Shown here piece after piece: positions 1 to 11,451 of a stretch of 64,000 bases of DNA. The first letter of the stretch is position 1; every line of letters begins with the position of its first letter. The notes beneath the pieces are model-generated. The model was not told where the DNA came from and searched no databases. It saw nothing but the letters and a program-made list of their open reading frames with translations. The position numbers and the translations under genes were made by a program. The DNA is from Octopus vulgaris (Eukaryota). The stretch covers positions 48,732,001 to 48,796,000 of the forward strand of contig OX597826.1 of NCBI GenBank assembly GCA_951406725.2. The letters run 5' to 3'.

Positions 1-457
1 ATGCCATGCATATGAGCATATGCAGAGGGATTCCAAGCACCATCCTTCATAACCCCATAATCCGCCACCCATCAAAAGAGATGATAAGCAACAGGCCCTA
101 CCTCTCCTCTCCCCTCCAATCCCTTTATCAATAACAATTAAGTGCAATAAAAGGATGGTGGGGTCTATGCCATTGCATTTCATTTAACAACTCTTACAAA
201 ATTCCACCCTCATCTCCACCCCCACCCAACTCTACCCTCAACTACTCCCCACTCCACCCCCACCCAACGCTACCCTCAGCTACCCCACACACACTCACCC
301 CACACACACACCCACCCCACCCACCAACCCATCTCATTTACAGCCCTTTTGTCTTAATCAGACTATTTTGTTCCATCTGAAACCCAACCCTGAAAACATG
401 CAAATTTTTTCATTTTTCATGCTTATTTTACATATATTTTTAAAGTTTTCTTTCGAC

Positions 458-1052
458 ATTCTTCTTCTTCTTCTTCTTCTTCTTCTTCTTTTTCTTCTTC
501 TTCTTCTTCTTCTTCTTCTTCTTCTTCTTTTTCTTCTCTTTCTTCTTTTTCTTTTCTTTCTTCTTTTTCTTCTTCTTTCTCTTCTTCTCTTTCTTCTTTT
601 TCTTCTTTCTTTTCTTCTTTTTCTTCTTCTTATCTTTCTTCCTTTTTCTTCTTTCTCTTCTTTTCTTTCTTCTTTTTCTTCTTTCTTTTCTTCTTTTTCT
701 TCTTTTTTCTCTTCTTTTTCTTCTTTCTCTTTTCCTTCTTCTCTTTCTTCTCTGTCTTTTTTTCTTTCTCTTCTTCTTTTCTTTCTCCTTCTCTTTCTTC
801 TTTCTCTTCCTTCTCTTCTCTTTCTTCTTCTTCTTTTTCTTCTTCTTCTTCTTCTTCTCCCTTGCTTTATTCAACTTCTTTCACTCCATCCTCTTCATCT
901 GTCTTCTCCTCAACATCCATTTCCTCATCCTCGTCCTTCTCTCCCTCCACATCTTTTCCACCTCATCCTTCTTCCTTCTTCCTTCTTCTCCTCCTTCTTC
1001 TCCTTCTTCCTCTCCTCTCTCTTCTTTTTCTACTTCTTCTCTTCCTTCTCCT
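458..1052. repeat. Degenerate (CTT)n/(CT)-rich polypyrimidine tract
   Basis: Long CTT/CTTTT runs; source of the poly-L/S/F and poly-K/R pseudo-ORFs. Confidence 0.95.
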
Positions 1053-1296
1053 TTAAACCCTGCTCTCACCCTCCCTCCCACTGTTGTCTTGTTCCTTACT
1101 TAATTCACCTTCTCCTCCTTCCTTCAGCCACCACCCCACTCACAACCATGAACCCCATGCCCCACCCAAGTTCCATTCCAATTCCTGGATAATCTAATGA
1201 AAGCCTCCTAATCTTCACGCAAATTCCAGAAGTGAATTTTGAATCACTTGATGGATAATCATGATGATAATGATGAAGGCACTGAGGATAATGCAC

Positions 1297-1631
1297 TGAT
1301 GATGATGATGATGGTCGTGGTGGTTGTGGTGATAGTGTTAACAGTGATGATAGCCAAATGATGATGATGGTGATGATGATACAGATAATTATTATGACAA
1401 TGACGATGATGATGACAAAGTTAATAGTGACGATGATTATGATCATGATCGTCATTATGATGACTATGATTATGATAATTGTGATCATGATGATGATGGT
1501 TGTGGTGGTCATAGTGATGATGATAATGATGATGATGATGGTGATGGTGATGATGATGATGATGATGATGATGGTAGTAATGACGATGATGATGACGATG
1601 AAGATGATGATGATGGTGCTGGTGCTGGTGG

Positions 1632-1711
<80 letters not shown>

Positions 1712-1849
1712 GTGATGGTGATAATGATGATGGTGATGGTGATGATGATGGTGATGGTGATGATGATGATGATGGTCTTCTTAATAATGATGACGATGCT
1801 GATAATGATGATGATGATGGTCTTCTTAATAATGATGACGATGCTGATA

Positions 1850-1881
<32 letters not shown>

Positions 1882-2055
1882 AATGTTAATGATGATGGTG
1901 ATGGTGATGATGATGATGGTGATGATGATGATGGTGATGGTGATGATGATGATGATGATGGTCTTCTTAATAATGACGACGATGCTGATAATGATGATGA
2001 TGATGACGATGTTGATGATGATGTTGATGGTGATGTTGATGATGATGTTGATGAT
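1297..2055. repeat. Degenerate (GAT)n/(GGT)n microsatellite
   Basis: GAT repeats; the interruption gatggtcttcttaataatga recurs three times (~1771, ~1816, ~1957). Confidence 0.95.
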
Positions 2056-2176
2056 CAAACATAAAACTAATAAAGGATCAGCTTTAATTAAATGCTATTG
2101 CTCTACTGAGTTGCAAGGAGTACTTGGTTTGTGACATTGTCATTCACATCAGTGCGAACCCCAAAATCATTCTTAT

Positions 2177-2214
2177 ACACACACACACACACACACACAC
2201 ACAAATAGATAGAC

Positions 2215-2300
<86 letters not shown>
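2177..2300. repeat. (CA)n followed by (AGAT)n
   Basis: Direct reading. Confidence 0.95.
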
Positions 2301-2609
2301 CGGGGGACAGAGAGAGAGAATTTATGTGCTGAAAAGCATAACATGTAACCAAAGGCTAAAGCTCAGTAGTAAGTACCACACTTTATCCCACTGCCCAGTA
2401 CAGTTAGATGATGGACATCAGACCACATGATAGGCCAATGTGTGTAATATTAGCCATGTCAAATACAGATGAAGGGAATCAATAATATTTTGTTTCTTTG
2501 CCGAACAATTGTGTAATTTTGTTAGTTGATGTACTGAAACATGTGTATGTTTTAAAAAGCTTAAATCACCAAATACATTTACAGCATATCTTATAAATAA
2601 TAATAATTC

Positions 2610-2756
2610 TTTCTACTATAGATACAAGGCCTCGAATTTTGGAGAAAGGGGCTTGTCACTTATATTGTTCCCCAGCGTTTGACAGGTATTTATTTTACAT
2701 CATCCCCTCTTGAAAGGGTGAAAGACAACATTGACCTCCGTAGAATTTGAACTCAA
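2610..2756 (-). mobile_element. SINE family B, diverged partial copy
   Basis: Matches the reverse complement of other B copies (gacctc...gaatttgaactc; tail aggcct.gaatttt). Confidence 0.65.
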
Positions 2757-2831
2757 TGATAATAATACATACATACACTCTAACATGCATATAGATATAT
2801 ACATATATTTATATACATACATACTCATATT

Positions 2832-3136
2832 CTTTTTACTCTTTTACTTGTTTCAGTCATTTGACTGTGGCCATGCTAGAGCACCACCTTTATGGTCGAG
2901 CAAATCGACGCCAAGACTTATTCTTTGTAAGCCTAGTACTTATTCTATCAGTCTCTTTTACCAAACCGCTAAGTTACAGGGATGTAAATACACCAGCATT
3001 GGTTGTCAAGCAATACTGGAGGGACAAACACAGACACACAAACATACACACACACACACATACATACATATATATATACACACACACACACGCACACATA
3101 CATATATATATATGCCCGTCGTATATATCTTTATAT

Positions 3137-3181
<45 letters not shown>

Positions 3182-3360
3182 CATACATACATATATACGA
3201 TGGGCTTCTTTCAGTTTCCGTCTACCAAATCCCCTCACAAGGCTTTGGTCGGACCGAGGTTATAGTAGAAGACACTTGCCCAAGGTGCCATGCAGTGGGA
3301 CTGAACCCAGAACCATGTGGTTTGTAAGCAAGCTACTTACTATACAGCCACTCCTACACC
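2832..3360 (-). mobile_element. SINE family A (tRNA-derived head, internal CA/TA microsatellite, CR1-like tail)
   Basis: On the - strand: A-box-like TGGCTGTATAG and B-box GGTTCAGTCC, then ccttgggcaagtgtctt..., an internal microsatellite, and the tail agcatggccacagtcaaatgactgaaacaagtaaaagag. About 12 homologous copies occur in the window. Confidence 0.9.
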
Positions 3361-3715
3361 TATATATTCATACGTATATACTTAAAGGGATGCCTGCATG
3401 TACAAATACAGAATCAGATACACTCCAGCACACACACACGCAAACACACACACACATGCAGACACATGCACACACAAGCTCATACACACACACACAGAGA
3501 AAGCAATCTATGGTGTGGTACCTCCTAACAGTTATTTATCGTTAAGTAAGCTGTTATGGTTTCTCGCAGACAGCAGTCAAAACATAATAAGATGAAGACA
3601 ATAGACAGACAAACTGAGTACAACAAAGCAAAACATAAATATATATATATATACACACATGGATGTATATTATGTACATACACATATATACATGATTATA
3701 TATAGAGATGTGTAT

Positions 3716-4127
3716 ATTATTTTATTTTTTTTATTATTTTATTTAGTTTCAGCTCACAAGCTGTGGCCATGCTGGGGCACTGCCATTTGGTGTTGCTACA
3801 TGATTTTACTTCACGATTGCGTTTTAGCAATTGCCATTTGGTGCATGAAAGAGTTCAATGCAGCTGCCCTCATCTGCACCTCCTGCCGTGAAGTTGGTTC
3901 ATCTGGGACACCTGACAAGAAGAGATCCAGTTTTATTTTAAAGACATCTGCATCTACCCCAGGCAGGTCTCTCAGGTTCTTCGGGAGGATATTGAAGAGC
4001 TGTGGGCCTCGGAAGTTAAGGCTATCACAGTATCTCGTCCTACATCTTGATGGCAAATTTGGAGTCCTTGGCACTATGCAGTGGTGCCCAGTTCTGGCAT
4101 TTGTGTAACTCTTGATGCCAAAGTTTG
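3716..4127 (-). mobile_element. CR1-type LINE, 5'-truncated 3' fragment
   Basis: Translates to NFGIKSYTNARTGHHC...FRGPQLFNILPKNLRDL...FKIKLDLFLSGVPDEP, nearly the same as the C-terminus of ORF 10414-11274. Followed by a 3'UTR and an AAAT-rich tail. Confidence 0.9.
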
Positions 4128-4131
4128 CCAT

Positions 4132-4176
<45 letters not shown>

Positions 4177-4437
4177 GGATGTATATTATGCACATACACA
4201 TATATACATGATTATATATAGAGATGTGTATGTATTTATATCTTTAAAAGAGATATAAATTCCTTGACCCACTGCTATGAAACATATTTACAAACGTGCC
4301 ACAAGCATGCATACATAAAACTTGACAATAAAAACAAAGACGGGATGCAAAGAGTTACAAAAATTAGTAACAATAGCAAAATATTAAGAGAAAAATACGT
4401 TTTATTAAGAGATTGTTTTTTAGCACAATTTTTGTTA

Positions 4438-4609
4438 AGGCATAGGAGTGGCTGTGTGGTAAGTAGCTTGCTTACAAACCACATGTTTCCGGGTTCAGTC
4501 CCACTGCATGGCACCTTGGGCAAATGTCTTGTACTATAGCATTGAGCCAACCAAAGCCTTGTGATTGGATTTGATAGACAGAAATTGAAAGAAGCCCGTC
4601 ATATATATG

Positions 4610-4653
<44 letters not shown>

Positions 4654-4878
4654 TGTGTGTGTGTGAGTGTGTGTGTGTGTCTGTCTGTCTCCCCCAACAT
4701 CGCTTGACAACCAATGCTGGTGTGTTTACGTCCCCATATCTTAGCAGTTCAGCAAAAGCAACTGATAGAATAAGTGCTAGGCTTACAAAGAATAAGTCCT
4801 GGGGTCGATTTGCTCGACTGAAAAGGTGGTGCTCCAGCATGGCCGCAATCAAATGACTGAAACAAGTAAAAGAGTAAA
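4438..4878 (+). mobile_element. SINE family A, full length
   Basis: aggcataggagtggctgtgtgg...gggttcagtccc head, internal (GT)n, tail gactgaaacaagtaaaagag. Confidence 0.9.
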
Positions 4879-4974
4879 CATGTGTATGACAATGATGTAG
4901 TAATTAAATAATATACACCATATATAATCATAAAAATCCAGTACTCCTCATGAAGTGATCTTGGAGGACCATCA

Positions 4975-5207
4975 AGGTTGTTGCCAGTGCTGCTGGACCA
5001 GCTCCTGTGCAGGTGGCATATAAAAAACACCATTTGAGCATGGCCATTGCCAGTACCTAACTACCTGGCCCTCGTGCCGGTGGCACATAAAAGCACCCAC
5101 TACACACTCGGAGTGGTTGTTTTTAGGAAGGGCATCCAGCTGTAGAAACTGTGCCAAATCAGATTGGAGCCTGGTGCAGCCGTCTGGCTCACCAGTCCTC
5201 AGTCAAA
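4975..5207 (+). mobile_element. RTE-type LINE 3'UTR (family C) fragment
   Basis: Two gccag-loop-ctggc/ggtggcac units followed by aggaagggcatccagctgtagaaac, shared with the other C copies. Confidence 0.8.
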
Positions 5208-5217
5208 TGTGTGTGTG

Positions 5218-5248
<31 letters not shown>

Positions 5249-5295
5249 CTGTGTGTGTGTGTCTGTGTTTGTCCCCTCTACATCGCTTGACAACC

Positions 5296-5742
5296 GATGA
5301 TGAACTTGTTGATATGATTGGTGCGTCCTGGAGCTCCTGCCAACAAATTTTGAGCAAGAATTGTAAAGGAAAAGAGTTGTAGCAAAATTTGTGTCTTGCT
5401 TGCTCATGGATGATCAAAAGCAGTCATGACTGAATGCATGTCTTGAACTGAAAGAAGAGTTGGAAGTTGACCCAGACCGTTTTTTCGAATGTCATCACTG
5501 GTGATGAAAGCTGGTGCTATGGGATTTGCAGATGTGAAAGAGGTGATGAAAAAGTCCAATGGAGGCGTTAAAAGATATCACTTTGCAGAAGAGTTCCAGC
5601 ACTGCTCTGAATAGTGTAAATCGTGCCTGGAGCGATGCATTGCTTCAAATGGAGAATGCTTTGAAGGCAATAAAAGTGTAAGCATGTAAGACTAATCGAA
5701 TAAAATAATACTGCAAAATTCCAGCTTCTTTTGGGTACCCCT
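5296..5742 (+). pseudogene. Mariner (Tc1/mariner) transposase relic with internal deletion
   Basis: Frameshifted translation: ELVDMIGASWSSCQQIL / KRVVAKFVSCLLMDDQKQS*LNACLEL / VITGDESWCYG (5491-5523), joined directly to C-terminal FADVKEV...ERCIASNGECFEG. Ends in TIR-like ttcttttgggtacccc. Confidence 0.85.
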
Positions 5743-5746
5743 TTGC

Positions 5747-5799
<53 letters not shown>

Positions 5800-5820
5800 C
5801 ATGTGTGTGTGTGTGTGTGT

Positions 5821-6070
5821 GAAGGTGCATGGCTCAGTGGTTAGAGCGTTGAGGTTATGAGTTCGATTCCCAGACCGGTCTGTGTGTTCTTGAGCAAGAC
5901 ACTTTATTTAGTTAACTCAGCTGTAAAAATGAGTTGCGTTATCACTGGTGCCAAGCTGTATTGTCCTTTGCCTTTCCTTGGATAACATCAGTGGTGTGGA
6001 GAGGGGAGGCTAGCCTTCCACAAACAATCTTGGTGAAATCCCATGGTCATTCATGACTGAAGGGGGTCTC
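5821..6070 (+). mobile_element. SINE family D, internally deleted
   Basis: A-box TGGCTCAGTGG and B-box GAGTTCGATTCC; colinear with the copy at 20864-21198. Confidence 0.8.
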
Positions 6071-6091
6071 CTCCATATATTTATATATATA

Positions 6092-6330
6092 TAGTAATCC
6101 CTCGACTATTGCAGGTGTTATATTCCAAAAACCTCTGCGATAGGTGAAAATTCATGAAGTAGAAACAGTACTGTACTGCATATTTTTTTTTTTTACTATT
6201 CTTATAATTTGTATATACTTATTTTATAATAAATGCAAAACAACACCGCAGAAGAATTGACATAAGCTTAGATAATAAACTGCAATAGGTGAACCACGAT
6301 AAGTGAACTGCGATATGGCGAATGATTACC
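6092..6330. mobile_element. Degenerate pogo/Tigger-like MITE
   Basis: Left end tagtaatccctcg follows a TA run; the right end gcgaatgattacc is a degenerate inverse. Internal gcgataggtgaa motifs are repeated. Confidence 0.55.
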
Positions 6331-6354
6331 CTCTCTCTTTCTATTTATATATAT

Positions 6355-6520
6355 ACGTTCTGAGTTCAAATTCCGCCGAGGTCGACTTTGCCTTTCATCC
6401 TTTCGGGGTCAATTAATTAAGTACCAGTTACACACTGGGGTCGATGGAATCGACTTAATCCCTTTGTTTGTCCTTGTTTGTCCCCTCTGTGTTTAGCCCC
6501 TTGTGGGTAGTAAAGAAATA
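6355..6520 (+). mobile_element. SINE family B, 3' part
   Basis: gagttcaaattccgccgaggtcgactttgcctttcatcctttcggggtc...gccccttgtgggtagtaaagaaat. Confidence 0.85.
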
Positions 6521-6530
6521 TATATACACT

Positions 6531-6575
<45 letters not shown>

Positions 6576-6576
6576 G

Positions 6577-6820
6577 ATCAAAATAAGCAACAAGGATATC
6601 CAGAGGTAATGCAGTACAATTGTTTCATGCGACTCCATTTAATTGAACAATGCAAGTATTACATCAGTTTTAAAATGTAGAGCAATCTTTAGCTGCATAA
6701 AAATATAGAATTTAGTTAAACACACACACATGATGTAATATTTGCATTGTTCAATTAAATGGAGTCGCATGAAACGATCGTACTGCATTACCTTTGGATA
6801 TCCTTGTTGCTTATTTTGAT
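6577..6820. repeat. Inverted repeat, 90-bp arms (6577-6666 / 6731-6820), 64-bp spacer; probable Penelope inverted pLTR remnant
   Basis: The arms differ at only 4 of 90 positions by manual alignment. Confidence 0.9.
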
Positions 6821-6939
6821 TGTAATCACCCCATTTTGAATTATATGGATAATACCATACCAAACTCAGGTACCTTTAACTTAAGTACCATATTCAACTG
6901 AATCTAAATTTTACTGAACTTATATATATGTATATACAT

Positions 6940-7085
6940 ATCATCATCATCATCATCATCGTTTAACGTCCGTTTTCCATGCTAGCACAGGTTGGACGGT
7001 TCGACCGGAGTCTGGGAAGCCAGGGGCTGCACCAGGCTCCAGTCTGATCTGGCAGAGTTTCTACAGCTGGATGCCCTTCCTAACG
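6940..7085 (-). mobile_element. Family C (RTE-type) 3' tail with (GAT)n end
   Basis: Reverse complement of gaagggcatccagctgtag...gcatggaaaacggacgttaaacgatgatg. Confidence 0.85.
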
Positions 7086-7140
7086 TATATATATAGTATT
7101 AATTAATAGTAGGAGATGGATTTCATATTAGACTTTTGTT

Positions 7141-7186
7141 AGGTCAACATGTTTCAACCCATCAGTCTGGGTTTCTTCAGGAACAC
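7141..7186 (-). ncRNA. Minimal type-I hammerhead-ribozyme-like motif
   Basis: - strand: gttc CTGAAGA aaccca gactga tgggtt GAAAC at GTT gacc. Core intact, perfect 6-bp stem II, palindromic stem III (aacatgtt), imperfect stem I. Confidence 0.6.
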
Positions 7187-7703
7187 TGATAAAGGGGTCT
7201 CACTAGGGAATTATACTTATTTGTCCAAGTTATTATTTATTATCATATATATAAACTAAATAACCATTATATTATAATAATGTGCTAAATATTTAACATC
7301 AATAACAAAAATATTAAAAAGAAACGTAAGGTTGGTCAATGGCTGGGATGCTGGCGCTAAACAGCAACAACAACAACAACCACAACCACAACAACAACAA
7401 AAGTTATATCGCAGTTTCAAATTAGCCATAGCACATATTGATTAAGGTTTATAAAGTGCTGCCATATTTAATCGATCTTGCCTTATTTTCCAGATAATTA
7501 AACATTATAGTTGATGATGGTCACTTTGAAAATCATGGTCTAAATAAATGTTGGGGGGTAAAATGGACAAAGCAATGCTACACAGCAGATTATGAGGCAT
7601 ATATGTGTGTGTGTGAGTGTGTGTATGTGTGTGTATGTATGTGTGTGTGCGTTTGTGTGTAGAGAGACTGATAAATATAGATATAGATTTATATGTATAT
7701 ATA

Positions 7704-7736
<33 letters not shown>

Positions 7737-7841
7737 ATACATAATACATATTAAGATAGACAATTATGTATGTAAATATATGCATATATAAATATTATGT
7801 ATATATATATATATATAGGCATAGATATATACATGCATACA

Positions 7842-7894
<53 letters not shown>

Positions 7895-7941
7895 CATATA
7901 TATATATGTGTGTACACACACACACATATATATACATACAA

Positions 7942-7972
<31 letters not shown>

Positions 7973-8251
7973 TACAATAAGGAAACCTTTGGAATTCCAT
8001 AGAAAGTCTATGGAGCGATGAAGAGTCTATGGAGAGGGTGGTAAATAAGCAAGGACAAGGGCTAGTTGTGGTCATTCAAAAGTGTATTGTGTGGTCAGTT
8101 TGTTGAGTTGATGGTAGGGGTGGGATAAGGCCAATTAGGTGACTAATCAAAAAAACCTTTAACGATTTCACTGAAGTTCAGCTTCAAGTATGAAGTAAAT
8201 TAGGCTAAGTAGACAGTTATATATTTTTACAGACTATATAAACATACACAC

Positions 8252-8299
<48 letters not shown>

Positions 8300-8349
8300 T
8301 ATGTATATGTATGTATGTGTGTATGTATATATACATATATCTATTCGAT

Positions 8350-8870
8350 AGTGGTGGTTGTGGTGGCATTGATGATAGTGGTTGTGGAGGTGGAAGTAGT
8401 GGTGGCAGTGGTGATGGTGGTACTGGTGGTGGTGTTGCTGGTGATGTTGCTTTTGGTGGTGGCGGTTGTGGTGGTGTGATTGGGTAGTGGTAGTGGTGGT
8501 ATTGGTGTTGGTGGTTGCAGTGGTTGTGGTGCTGGTGCAGGCATCTGTAGTTACAGTGGTAGTTGTGTCCGTGGTGCTGATCGTGGTGATGGTGGTGGTG
8601 GTGGTGGTGGTGGTGGTGGTGGTGGTGGTGATGATGGTGGATGACTATAACGATGACGATGCTATAAGGATGATAATGATGACGATGACAGCTATTATGA
8701 TGTTATGATGATGATGATTGTAATGATATACTGCTAATGATGTTGACGATGATGACGACAACGACGACGATGATGATGACGATGATGATGATGATGATGA
8801 TGACAGTGATAAGATGATGAGGATGACAATGATGATGATGATAATAATGGCAATGACAGTGATGAATGCC
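8350..8870. repeat. Degenerate (GGT)n and (GAT)n microsatellites
   Basis: Direct reading. Confidence 0.9.
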
Positions 8871-9127
8871 AACAACTTGTATATGTGTGTATATATGTAA
8901 CTATATGGTATATGTGTATGTATTTGTTTGTTATTGTATATATGTATATGTGTATGTAACTGTGTGTGTGTGTATATGTGTATGTATTTGTGTGCATTTG
9001 TATGTGTTTTTACATATGTTTTGATGCAAGTGTATGCGTGTGTATGTGCGTGTACTTGTACATATAATGTTTGTGTGTAAGTGTATATATGTGCAAAGGT
9101 AAAAGTTAAAGTTAATGCCAATTCGTA

Positions 9128-9346
9128 AGAGCCTGTTTCCTGGTTTCCATGGCATATAAATTCCCCACCTGGATGGGACGCTAGTCCATCTCAGAGTTAC
9201 TCACTTTTGCCAGCTGAGGGAACTGGAGCAATGTGAAATAAAGTGTTTTGCTCAAGAACACATCACATCATCCTGTCCAGGAATCAAAACCACAATCTTA
9301 CAATCATTAGTCCTATACCCTAACCACTAAGCCATATGTGCCTCCA
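9128..9346 (-). mobile_element. SINE family E
   Basis: - strand head tggcttagtggttaggg...ggttttgattcc; colinear with the + copy at 54408-54632. Confidence 0.75.
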
Positions 9347-9903
9347 TTTATATATGTGTGTGTGTATGTGTGTGTGTGTGTGTGTGTGCGTGTGTGTGTG
9401 CATGTTTACATGTGTATGAACATGAATGCAAAAGCAAGACAGTCAAATGATTATGGAGTTTGCAACCAATAGATTCCCACTGCATGGCATGTTGGAGAAG
9501 TGATCCCACCATAATACTGGATCATCCCAAATCTTGTGAATAAGACTGGATAAAGAGAAATGGTTTGGAATATCATCAAATGGACTTTTCCAGTGATTTA
9601 AAAGACCATCTTTGCTACTCACTATATCACACTAATTGTATTCTGTGTGTATCTTTTTATTCAGTTCTTGGATCAGTCACTTGCTGCAAGTATTCTCACA
9701 TAATTCACATTCTCCCATTCTAACATGTTCTGAGCTCACAACAGACTAAAGTGGCATGCTGGTAGCAACACATTTCTCCAAATTCTTTATTTCCTTACTT
9801 TTATTTCAAAAGGGGAATCTTTCCCGAAGTATTATAGGTTCTTGAACCGCACCTATGTAAAGTAATTCAGTATCTTTCCTCTTTGTTTTCATATACTGAC
9901 ATC

Positions 9904-10215
9904 AGGCACAGGAGTGGCTGTGTGGTAAGTAGCTTGCTTACAAACCACATGGTTCCGGGTTCAGTCCCACTGCATGGCACCTTGGGCAAGTGTTTTCTAC
10001 TATAATCTGGGGCCAACTAAAGCCTTGTGAGTGGATTTGGTAGACGGAAACTGAAAGAAGCCCATCATAACTTAGCAGTTCGACAAAAGAGACTGATATA
10101 ATAAGTACTAAGCTTACAAAGAATAAGTCCTGGGGTTGATTTGCTCAACAAAAGGCGGTGCTCCAGCATGGCCATAATCAAATGACTGAAACGAGTAAAA
10201 GAGTAAAGTGTAAAG
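9904..10215 (+). mobile_element. SINE family A with internal deletion
   Basis: The head is joined to the tail without the internal microsatellite segment. Confidence 0.85.
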
Positions 10216-10280
10216 AGTTAGGAGCATATTTTTACCTGACTCAACTCCTCACTTCTACTGCTCAGAATATTTTTCAAACA

Positions 10281-10337
<57 letters not shown>

Positions 10338-10339
<2 letters not shown>

Positions 10340-11451
10340 TTTTATCTAGTTTCAGTTCATGAGCTGTGGCCATGCTGGGGCACCGCCATTCAGTGTTGCT
10401 ACATGATTTTACTTCACGAATGCTTTTTAGCAATTGACATTTGGTGCATGAGAGAGTTCGATGCAGCTGCCCTCATCTGCACCTCCTGCCATGAAATTGG
10501 TTCATCTAGGACACCTGACAGGAAGAGATCCAGTTTTATTTTAAAAACATCTGCATCCACCCCATGCAGGTCTCTCAGGTCCTTTGGGAGGATATTGAAG
10601 AGCTGTAGACCTCTGAAGCCCAGGCTATCACAGTATCTTGTCCTACATCTTGATGGCAAATTTGAAGTCCTTGGCACTGTGCAGTGGTGCCCAGTTCTAG
10701 TATTTGTGTAACTCTCAATGCCAAAGTTTGGGACAAGTTCTTCCAGAATCTTCCAGATGTATATTATGGCATATCTTTCTCGCCTGCGCTCTAAGGAATT
10801 GAGTCTTAATCTCTTGAGTCTTTCCCAATAGCTTATATGCTGCACAGAGGCTATCTTCTTCATGTAGCTTTGTTGGATCGCCTCAAGTTCTGTGATTAAT
10901 TTGACACTGGTTGGTGACCTTAGCTGAGAGCAATAGTCAAAGTGGCTTAGGACAAGTGTCCTCCAGAGGACCATAATGGTTTTCTGGTCTCTTGTTCTAA
11001 AAGCTCTAAGAATCCATCCGGTCAGCCGCCTACATTTCATTGCCAATTTAGCAACATGCACATGAAAGGTTGCATCATTACTCATACAAATACCCAGGTC
11101 TCGCACTGATTGTGCCTCTGGGATTGCAATCCCTCCAGGTCCAGTGTATTTATTGGGTATTGCATTTAGTTTTGCATGCTGATAGCATAAAGCTTGAAAC
11201 TTTTCAGCACTGAACTGCATGCTATTCTTTTCAGCCCACTTGTATATTTTGTCCAGCTCACATTGCAGGTGCATAGTGTCCTCAGGGTTCTGTATTACCT
11301 GTGAAACTTTTGTATCATCTGCATAACTTGTGATCGTGGCTCACTGTGTGGCTGAGGGCATATCTGAGAGGGCCATTATAAACAGCAGTGGTCCCAAAAT
11401 AGTGCCTTGTGGAACACCGCTCACTATTTGCGTGTTATTGGAGGTGGCCCA
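10338..11451 (-). pseudogene. CR1-type LINE reverse transcriptase (ORF2) 3' portion, 5'-truncated, one in-frame stop
   Basis: SGVPQGTILGPLLF, then TGA at 11341-11343, then in-frame ATITSYADDTK (YADD at 11325-11314), continuing into ORF 10414-11274 (SHFDYCS...SLERRRERY...FNILP). Flanked by (TA)n on both sides. Confidence 0.92.

Noticed and set aside
368-2134. Long ORFs (274, 317, 258 aa) of poly-L/K/I/M
   Set aside because: Stop-free translations of CTT and GAT microsatellites with no domain content.
4438-4515. tRNA gene
   Set aside because: A/B boxes are present, but the sequence continues into a multi-copy SINE body and lacks a proper cloverleaf; the same applies to the other SINE heads.
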